Shown here piece by piece: positions 57,517 to 64,000 of a DNA stretch of 64,000 nucleotides; positions within the stretch are counted from its first letter, which is position 1; the number at the start of each line of letters is the position of its first letter. Origin of the DNA: Rhodospirillaceae bacterium (GTDB taxonomy: Bacteria; Pseudomonadota; Alphaproteobacteria; MPNO01; VGEU01); the NCBI GenBank assembly GCA_050249455.1, contig JBFWQM010000001.1, forward strand, positions 21,316 to 85,315, written 5' to 3'. The notes under the pieces were generated by a model. The model was not told where the DNA came from. It saw only the letters and a list, made by a program, of their open reading frames with translations, and made no database searches. A program made the position numbers and the translations under genes.

Positions 57517-58370
57517 CCGCCTTCCGCCTCGCCTGCGTCCAGGCGACCACCGGCAACGACATGGCCGCCAACCTGGCGGCCGCGTGCGCCGCGGGGCGGT
57601 CGGCGCGGGACGGCGGGGCGGACCTGATCGCCTATCCGGAGGTCGTGGCGATGATGGAGCCCGACCGCGCGCTGGCCGTGCAGAAGGCCGCGCCCGCCGC
57701 CGACCACCCGGCGCTGCGCGCCTTCCAGGCGCTGGCGGCGGAAACCGGGGCCTGGGTGCTCGCCGGGTCGATCACCGTGCGCCACGCCGACGGCACCCTG
57801 GGCAATCGGTCGTATCTGCTGGACGCCGGCGGCGGCATCGTCGCGTCCTACGACAAGATCCATATGTTCGACGTCGATCTCGCCGGCGGCGAAAGCTACC
57901 GCGAGTCGGCGACCTACCGGCCGGGCAGCGAGGCGGTGGTCGCCGACACGCCGTGGGGCCGGCTCGGCATGACGGTGTGCTACGACCTGCGCTTTCCGCA
58001 CCTCTACCGCGACCTGGCAAAGGCCGGCGCCGACTTTCTGTCGGTGCCGTCCGCCTTCACCGTCCCGACCGGGGAGGCGCACTGGCACGTCCTGCTGCGC
58101 GCGCGGGCGATCGAGACCGGCGCCTGGGTGTTCGCGCCGGCGCAGTGCGGCACCCACGCCGGCGGCCGGCGCACCTATGGCCATTCGCTGGTGGTCGACC
58201 CGTGGGGCCGGATCGTGGCCGACGGCGGCGACGCGCCCGGCATCACTTTCGCCGACATCGACCCGGCGGCGGTGGCCCCCGCCCGCCGCGCCGTGCCGTC
58301 GCTGACCCACGACCGCCCCTATGGCCTGACCGCGCCCGCCGCGACCGCGCGCCGCGCCGCCGGCGGCTGA
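57513..58370 (+). CDS. carbon-nitrogen hydrolase (nitrilase superfamily)
   Basis: 285 aa from ATG 57513 (ATGA overlap with grxC). Catalytic-triad context: YPE, YDKIHMFD, MTVCYDLRFP. Confidence 0.85.
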   Translation: MTAFRLACVQATTGNDMAANLAAACAAGRSARDGGADLIAYPEVVAMMEPDRALAVQKAAPAADHPALRAFQALAAETGAWVLAGSITVRHADGTLGNRSYLLDAGGGIVASYDKIHMFDVDLAGGESYRESATYRPGSEAVVADTPWGRLGMTVCYDLRFPHLYRDLAKAGADFLSVPSAFTVPTGEAHWHVLLRARAIETGAWVFAPAQCGTHAGGRRTYGHSLVVDPWGRIVADGGDAPGITFADIDPAAVAPARRAVPSLTHDRPYGLTAPAATARRAAGG

Positions 58371-58375
58371 CCGGC

Positions 58376-59152
58376 ATGGAAGCGCCGCGGGTCGCCATCG
58401 TGACCGGCGCCAGCCGCGGCATCGGCCGCGCCACTGCTGAAGGCCTGGCGCGCGCCGGCTTCGACCTCGCGCTCGCCGCGCGCGGCGCCGCTGATCTCGA
58501 AGCGGTGGCGGACGCGATCCGCACGGAAACCGGCCGCCGCGTCGTGGTCCACGCCGCCGACCTGCGCGACCCGGCGGCGCCCGCGGCGCTGGCCGAAGCC
58601 GCGGTGGCGACGTTCGGGCGGATCGACCTCGTGGTCAACAACGCCGGCGCGACCAAGCGCGGCCCGTTCCTGGAGCTGACCGACGCCGACTGGGACGACG
58701 GCTTCGCGCTCAAGTTCTTCGGCGCGGTCCGGCTGGCCCGCGCCGCATGGCCGCATCTGCGCGCGACCAAGGGCCAGGTCATCAACATCGCCGGCACGGC
58801 GGGCCACCTCGCCTACGGCGAGTTCACCATCGGCGGCGCGGTCAATGCCGGCATCGACAACCTGACCAAGGCGCTGGCCGACTTCGGCCTGCGCGACGGC
58901 ATCCGGGTCAACGGCATCAGCCCCGGCCAGATCCGCACCGGCCGGCTCGACGCCCGCATCCGCAAGTATGCCGACAAGCACGGATTGTCGTTCGACGACG
59001 CGGCGGCCCAGATGAGCCAGCGGTCGCACGCCATCCGCTTCGGCGAGCCGGAGGAGGTGGCGGCCGTCGTCGTCTTCCTCGCCGCCGGCGGCGGCACCTA
59101 CCTCAACGGCGCCCTCATCGACGTCGACGGCGGGCTGACCCAGGGGCTGTAG
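58376..59152 (+). CDS. SDR-family oxidoreductase
   Basis: 258 aa from ATG 58376. TGASRGIG, NNAG, and the C-terminal YLNGALIDVDGG. Confidence 0.85.
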   Translation: MEAPRVAIVTGASRGIGRATAEGLARAGFDLALAARGAADLEAVADAIRTETGRRVVVHAADLRDPAAPAALAEAAVATFGRIDLVVNNAGATKRGPFLELTDADWDDGFALKFFGAVRLARAAWPHLRATKGQVINIAGTAGHLAYGEFTIGGAVNAGIDNLTKALADFGLRDGIRVNGISPGQIRTGRLDARIRKYADKHGLSFDDAAAQMSQRSHAIRFGEPEEVAAVVVFLAAGGGTYLNGALIDVDGGLTQGL

Positions 59153-59170
59153 CCGGGACGTGCACGGAGC

Positions 59171-59255
59171 AAGGGCTTGGGGTCAGACACCAAACCCGAC
59201 GATCGTGCCGAGATTGGGCAGTCGACCGGGGTTTGGTGTCTGACCCCAAGCCCTT
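59171..59255. repeat. hairpin repeat, family B: perfect 27-bp inverted repeat with 30-nt spacer
   Basis: AAGGGCTTGGGGTCAGACACCAAACCC at 59171-97 and its exact reverse complement at 59229-55. Located between convergent genes. The right arm overlaps the stop codon of the minus-strand methyltransferase. Confidence 0.9.
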
Positions 59256-59787
59256 ACAGCGCCGCCGGACCGGGTCCGTTCACCGCGCAGAGCCGCTGCA
59301 CCACCGCCGGCCGCTCCGTCACCCCGTGCTCGTAGGCGACCACAGTCAGGCGGCCCCGCACGGCGTCCAGCAGCTCGCCGGGGCGCAGCAGGAAGTCGGG
59401 GTTGCGCGGGCGGCCGAACCGCTCGTTGCCGGCGGCGAAGGTCTCGTAGATCAGGACCCCGCCGGGGGCGAGCGCGTCCAGGATCGCCGGGAACAGCGGC
59501 CGGTGCAGGTAGTTCGCCACCACCACGCCGGCGAACTGCCGGCCGGCCAGCGGCCACGTCCCGCCCTCCAGGTCGGCGGCGGTCGACTCCACCCCCGGCA
59601 CGGTCCGCAATGCGGCGATCGCATCCGAATCACGGTCGACCGCGGTCACCGGGTGGCCTCGGCCGGCCAGAAGCCGGGCATGCCGGCCGCCGCCGCAGGC
59701 GAGGTCGAGGCACGCCCCGCCCGGCGCGATCAGCGCCGCGAAGCGGACGACCCAGGCCGAGGGCGGTCCGTCATGCACCCGCGTCAC
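59254..59787 (-). CDS. class I SAM-dependent methyltransferase (small, TehB/SmtA-like)
   Basis: SAM motif CLDLACGGGRH, and GVLIYETF. The start is uncertain: GTG at 59787 is proposed, and the track ORF extends to 59853. Confidence 0.65.
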   Translation of the reverse strand: MTRVHDGPPSAWVVRFAALIAPGGACLDLACGGGRHARLLAGRGHPVTAVDRDSDAIAALRTVPGVESTAADLEGGTWPLAGRQFAGVVVANYLHRPLFPAILDALAPGGVLIYETFAAGNERFGRPRNPDFLLRPGELLDAVRGRLTVVAYEHGVTERPAVVQRLCAVNGPGPAAL

Positions 59788-59873
59788 CCCTGGCGACACT
59801 CTTGCAAAACAGTGACATCGGCCCAAGATAAGGACATCGTTTCGCCCGGCCAATGGTGCGTGGTGCCTCCCGG

Positions 59874-60317
59874 ATGATCCTCTACGATTTGCAGTGCAGC
59901 AAAGGTCACGTCTTCGAGGCGTGGTTCAAGGACAGCGACACCTACGAGGCGCAAGCCGCCCGCAAGGCGGTGGTCTGCCCGGCATGCGGCGGCAAGAAGG
60001 TGTCGAAGGCGCCGATGGCCCCGCGGGTCGCGAAGTCGCGCGAGGCCGCCCCGGCTGCCGCGCCCAAGCCCCCCGCCGCGCCGCCCAACCCCGAAGCCGT
60101 CAAGTACATGCAGATGCTGGGCGAGCTGCGCCAGAAGATCGAGGAGAACTGCGACTACGTCGGCCCCCAGTTCCCCGAGGAGGCGCGCAAGATCCACTAC
60201 GGCGAGGCCGAGGCGCGCAACATCTACGGCGAGGCCACCCCCGAGGAGGCCGAGACCCTGGCCGAGGAAGGAATCGAGTTCGGCAAAGTCCCCTGGGTTC
60301 CCCGCGGCGACGCGTAG
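59874..60317 (+). CDS. DUF1178-family zinc-ribbon protein
   Basis: 147 aa from ATG 59874. MILYDLQCSKGHVFEAWF...CPACGG matches DUF1178 as I recall it. Confidence 0.7.
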   Translation: MILYDLQCSKGHVFEAWFKDSDTYEAQAARKAVVCPACGGKKVSKAPMAPRVAKSREAAPAAAPKPPAAPPNPEAVKYMQMLGELRQKIEENCDYVGPQFPEEARKIHYGEAEARNIYGEATPEEAETLAEEGIEFGKVPWVPRGDA

Positions 60318-60332
60318 GGTAATCGCTTCAGT

Positions 60333-60445
60333 TTGCTGTTTTTTTAGTCGTTCTCCGGCTTGACCGGAGAACCCACCTTTCCGCGTGCCGATCCGTCCCC
60401 GCATGGGTCCTCCGGTCAAGCCGGAGGACGACAACCAAAAAAAGG
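60333..60445. repeat. MITE-like inverted repeat (~41-bp arms with T7/A7 ends, 30-nt spacer)
   Basis: Left arm TTGCTGTTTTTTTAGTCGTTCTCCGGCTTGACCGGAGAACCC. Right arm GGGTCCTCCGGTCAAGCCGGAGGACGACAACCAAAAAAAGG. Each arm contains its own CTCCGG..CCGGAG hairpin. Confidence 0.8.
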
Positions 60446-60466
60446 CGGCGTCGCCGGCCGGCGGGC

Positions 60467-61216
60467 CTACCCCGCCTTGGTCGCGAAGGCGAGGTAGTTG
60501 ACCGAGAGGTCGCCGCCGAGCCGCCATTCGTCGGTCAGGAGGTCGTAGCGCATCCCGGCCAGTTCGCCGAGCGCCAGGCCGTGGGACCGGAAGTGCCGGG
60601 CGAGCTCGGACGGGCGGACGAACTTGCGCCACTGGTGGGTGCCGCGCGGCAGCCAGTGCAGCACGTACTCGGCCCCGACGATGGCGAAGGCGAACGCCTT
60701 GGGCGTGCGGTTCAGGGTGGCGACCGCCATGGCCCCGCCCGGACGCACCACCGCGGCGCAGGCGCCAAGGAAGGCGTCGAGGTCGGCGACGTGCTCCACC
60801 ACCTCCAGCGCCACCACCGCGTCGAACCGCGCGCCGGCCGCGGCCAGATCCTCCGCCGCGGCGTGGCGGTAGTCGATGTCGAGGCCGACCGCCGCCGCAT
60901 GGCTGCGGGCGACGGCGACGTTGCGCTCCGCCGCGTCGATGCCGGTCACCCGCGCGCCCATCCGCGCCAGCGGCTCCGACACCAGCCCGCCGCCGCAGCC
61001 CACGTCGAGGACGGACAGTCCGTCCAGCGGTCGCAGCGCGTCGACAGGCCGCCCGAAGTGGGCGCACAGCCGGTCGCGCAGGAAGGCCAGCCGCGGCGGG
61101 TTGAACTTGTGCAGCGGTCGGAACTTGCCGTCGGGGTCCCACCACGCCTCCGCCATCGCCGCGAAGCGGGCGATCTCGGCGTCGTCGACGCTGGCGCGGG
61201 ACGGGGTCGGGTCCAT
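60467..61216 (-). CDS. ubiG: ubiquinone biosynthesis O-methyltransferase
   Basis: 249 aa from ATG at 61216. WWDPDGKFRPLHKFNPPRL, VLDVGCGGG and HWLPRGTHQW are UbiG hallmarks. Confidence 0.85.
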   Translation of the reverse strand: MDPTPSRASVDDAEIARFAAMAEAWWDPDGKFRPLHKFNPPRLAFLRDRLCAHFGRPVDALRPLDGLSVLDVGCGGGLVSEPLARMGARVTGIDAAERNVAVARSHAAAVGLDIDYRHAAAEDLAAAGARFDAVVALEVVEHVADLDAFLGACAAVVRPGGAMAVATLNRTPKAFAFAIVGAEYVLHWLPRGTHQWRKFVRPSELARHFRSHGLALGELAGMRYDLLTDEWRLGGDLSVNYLAFATKAG

Positions 61217-61377
61217 CAAAGCGGTCTCTGGCCTGGGGTGGCGCGGACTTGCCTGCGCCGTCGCCGAAAGAGTATGTATGCCGCCGATTGCCGCGGCAAC
61301 CCAGCCCCGTCCCGACCGGCGTTCCACAACGACGTTCCCGGCCGCTTGGTGCCGTCCGCCCTTCAGGGAATCCGCGC

Positions 61378-62598
61378 ATGGCGCGTATCGTCGTCAAGTT
61401 CGGCGGCACCTCGGTCGCCGATGTCGAGCGCATCAAGTCGGTCGCGCGCCGCATCAAGCGGGTGATCGACGACGGCAACGAGGTCGCGGTCGTCGTCTCG
61501 GCAATGTCCGGCGCGACCAACCAGCTGGTCGCCTGGACCCGTGAGATCGCGCCGCTGCACGATGCGCGCGAATACGACGTCGTCGTCGCCTCCGGCGAGC
61601 AGGTGACGGCGGGCCTCGTCGCGCTCGCGCTGCAGGAGATCGGCGTCAACGCGCGGTCCTGGCTCGGCTGGCAGATCCCGATCCGCACCGACGGCGCCCA
61701 CGGCAAGGCCCGCATCGAGGAGATCAAGGCGGAAGAGCTGGTGCGCCGGCTGAAGGACGGCCAGGTGCCGGTGTGCGCCGGCTTCCAGGGCATCGGCCCG
61801 GACGAGCGCATCACCACCCTGGGCCGCGGCGGGTCCGACACCTCGGCGGTGGCGCTGGCCGCCGCGCTGCACGCCGACCGCTGCGACATCTACACCGACG
61901 TCGACGGCGTCTACACGACCGACCCGCGCATCGTTGCCAAGGCCCGCAAGCTGTCTAAGATCACCTACGAGGAGATGCTGGAGCTCGCCTCGGTGGGGGC
62001 GAAGGTGCTGCAGACGCGCTCGGTCGAAATCGCCATGAACCACGGCGTGCGCGTCCAGGTGCTGTCGAGTTTCACCGACGAGCCGGGCACGCTCGTCGTC
62101 GACGAGGGGGAAATCGTGGAGCAAGAGGTCGTCTCCGGCATCGCCTACAGCCGCGACGAGGCGAAGATCACGCTGGTCAAGGTCGCCGACCGGCCGGGCG
62201 TGGCGGCGGCGATCTTCGGGCCGCTGGCCGATGCGAACATCAACGTCGACATGATCGTCCAGAACGTGTCGGAGGACGGCAAGGCGACCGACCTGACCTT
62301 CACCGTCTCCAAGGGCGACTACGAGCGCGCGGTGAAGGTGATCGAATCGCGCCGCGGCGAGATCGGCTTCGCCAAGATCCTGGGCGACACCAACGTCGCC
62401 AAGATCTCGGTGATCGGCGTCGGGATGCGCAGCCATGCCGGCATCGCGCTGCGCATGTTCACGGCGCTGGCGGAGAAGAACATCAACATCCAGGTCATCT
62501 CGACCTCGGAGATCAAGGTCAGCGTCCTGGTCGCCGAGGAATACACGGAGCTTGCGATCCGCGCCCTGCACACCGCGTATGGTCTCGACGCGGCCTGA
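61378..62598 (+). CDS. lysC: aspartate kinase
   Basis: 406 aa from ATG 61378. VVKFGGTSV, VVVSAMSG, and C-terminal ACT domains. Confidence 0.95.
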   Translation: MARIVVKFGGTSVADVERIKSVARRIKRVIDDGNEVAVVVSAMSGATNQLVAWTREIAPLHDAREYDVVVASGEQVTAGLVALALQEIGVNARSWLGWQIPIRTDGAHGKARIEEIKAEELVRRLKDGQVPVCAGFQGIGPDERITTLGRGGSDTSAVALAAALHADRCDIYTDVDGVYTTDPRIVAKARKLSKITYEEMLELASVGAKVLQTRSVEIAMNHGVRVQVLSSFTDEPGTLVVDEGEIVEQEVVSGIAYSRDEAKITLVKVADRPGVAAAIFGPLADANINVDMIVQNVSEDGKATDLTFTVSKGDYERAVKVIESRRGEIGFAKILGDTNVAKISVIGVGMRSHAGIALRMFTALAEKNINIQVISTSEIKVSVLVAEEYTELAIRALHTAYGLDAA

Positions 62599-62615
62599 CG
62601 CCTGGGAGGACGGCA

Positions 62616-63647
62616 ATGGACCGGACGGCAGCACGCCGTCAGCTTGACGCGCTGTGGCAGCGAGGGCGGGCCTTCCTGGGCGCCGACATCGCCGTCATGG
62701 GCGGGGCGATGACCTGGGTCTCGGAGCGCCGGCTGGTCTCGGCGCTGTCGAACGCCGGCGGCTTCGGCGTGCTGGCGTGCGGCGCGATGAGCCCGGACCT
62801 GCTGGCCGCCGAGATCGAGGGGACCTACGCACTGACCGGGCAGCCGTTCGGCGTCAACCTGATCATCATGCACCCCGACCTCGACCGGCTGATCGACGTC
62901 TGCACCGAGCGCAAGGTCGGCCACGTCGTGCTGGCCGGCGGCATGCCGGCGCAGCGCACCATCGCGCGGGTCAAGGAAGGCGGCGCCAAGGTGATCTGCT
63001 TCGCGCCCGCGCTCGGCATCGCCAAGCGCCTGGTGCGCCTGGGCGCCGACGCGATCGTGGTCGAGGGGTCGGAGGCCGGCGGCCACATCGGCCCGGTCGC
63101 GACCAGCGTGCTGGCGCAGGAGGTGCTGCCGCATCTGGCGGATGTGCCGGTGTTCGTCGCCGGCGGCATCGGGCGCGGCGACGCCATCCTCGGCTACCTG
63201 GAGATGGGCGCCGCCGGCTGCCAGCTCGGCACCCGCTTCGTCTGCGCCCATGAATCGATCGCCCACGCCAGGTTCAAGCAGGCGTTCGTGCGCGCCGCCG
63301 CGCGCGACGCGATGCCGTCGGTCCAGCTCGACCCGCAATTCCCGGTCATCCCGGTACGCGCGATCCAGAACAAGGGGACGGAGCTGTTCGCCGCCACCCA
63401 GCGCGAGGTCATCGACAAGGTGCGCCGCGGCGAGACCGACCAGGCGGCGGCGCAGCTTTCCATCGAGCATTTCTGGGCCGGCGCGCTGCGCCGCGCCGTG
63501 ATCGACGGCGACGTGGAGTACGGCTCGCTGATGGCCGGCCAGAGCGTCGGCATGGTGACCCGCGAGCAGTCGATCGCCGACATCCTCAAAGAGCTGGTCG
63601 ACCAGGCGCTCGACGCAATCGTCGCACGAAGCGCCGGCCGGAGCTGA
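62616..63647 (+). CDS. nitronate monooxygenase / FabK-like FMN oxidoreductase family
   Basis: 343 aa. GGMTWVS, VEGSEAGGHIG, and AGGIGRGD motifs. Confidence 0.8.
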   Translation: MDRTAARRQLDALWQRGRAFLGADIAVMGGAMTWVSERRLVSALSNAGGFGVLACGAMSPDLLAAEIEGTYALTGQPFGVNLIIMHPDLDRLIDVCTERKVGHVVLAGGMPAQRTIARVKEGGAKVICFAPALGIAKRLVRLGADAIVVEGSEAGGHIGPVATSVLAQEVLPHLADVPVFVAGGIGRGDAILGYLEMGAAGCQLGTRFVCAHESIAHARFKQAFVRAAARDAMPSVQLDPQFPVIPVRAIQNKGTELFAATQREVIDKVRRGETDQAAAQLSIEHFWAGALRRAVIDGDVEYGSLMAGQSVGMVTREQSIADILKELVDQALDAIVARSAGRS

Positions 63648-63654
63648 AGGCGCC

Positions 63655-64000
63655 ATGACCACGACCAACGTGAGCGGCGCCAGAAGGGTCCTCCGCCGCT
63701 TGCGGGGGATCATGGCCGCGCCGGCGCCGGCGCAGCAGCGCCTCGACGAGCTGGTGCGCGTGATCGCCGCCGAGATGGTGGCGGAGGTGTGCTCGATCTA
63801 CGTCATGCGCGCCGGCGAGGTGCTGGAGCTGTTCGCCACCCAGGGCCTCAACCCCAAGGCCGTGCACCTGACCCGGCTGCGGGTCGGCGAAGGCCTGGTC
63901 GGCACGGTGGCGCAGAACGCCGCGCCGCTCAGCCTGCCGGACGCGCAGGCGCACCCCAAGTTCGCCTACCGGCCGGAGACGGGCGAGGAGGTCTATCACT
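63655..64000 (+). CDS. ptsP: phosphoenolpyruvate-protein phosphotransferase PtsP (EI-Ntr), N-terminal GAF domain, 3'-truncated by window edge
   Basis: ATG 63655, open to the window end and not in the ORF track. LDELVRVIAAEMVAEVCSIYVMRAGEVLELFATQGL...RVGEGLVGTVA is the typical PtsP GAF N-terminus. Confidence 0.75.
   Translation, partial: MTTTNVSGARRVLRRLRGIMAAPAPAQQRLDELVRVIAAEMVAEVCSIYVMRAGEVLELFATQGLNPKAVHLTRLRVGEGLVGTVAQNAAPLSLPDAQAHPKFAYRPETGEEVYH

Overview
High-GC (about 70%) chromosomal segment of alphaproteobacterial type, densely coding on both strands. I call about 60 protein genes and found no rRNA, tRNA, CRISPR array, IS element or prophage. Most genes are housekeeping (metZ, apaG, folE, trkH, sufE, pyrD, rpmB, cobS/cobT, aroB/aroK, xerD, accA, secA, argJ, grxC, ubiG, lysC, ptsP). 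These are interspersed with transporters (one TAXI-TRAP, one DctPQM-TRAP, two MFS) and a MarR-associated catabolic patch. Five things stand out. (1) A 1,965-aa membrane-anchored protein is built from a very regular 29-residue repeat and is probably co-transcribed with an EAL-domain protein whose architecture resembles TipF. (2) Three tandem, diverged paralogues of a ~500-aa polytopic membrane protein with GT-C-glycosyltransferase-like loop motifs lie between accA and secA. (3) An operon of a MoaD/ThiS-like GG-terminal protein, a BNR beta-propeller and a DUF2889 protein is transcribed divergently from marR, through face-to-face promoters sharing a perfect 12-bp palindrome. (4) An 80-bp cluster of 9-13-nt C and G homopolymer runs sits where the promoter of an MFS gene should be. 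(5) Several families of intergenic hairpin (REP/MITE-like) repeats are present. All functional calls come from reading the ORF translations and recalling family motifs. No database search, structure prediction or statistics were run. Start codons are often uncertain because this GC content keeps many frames open.
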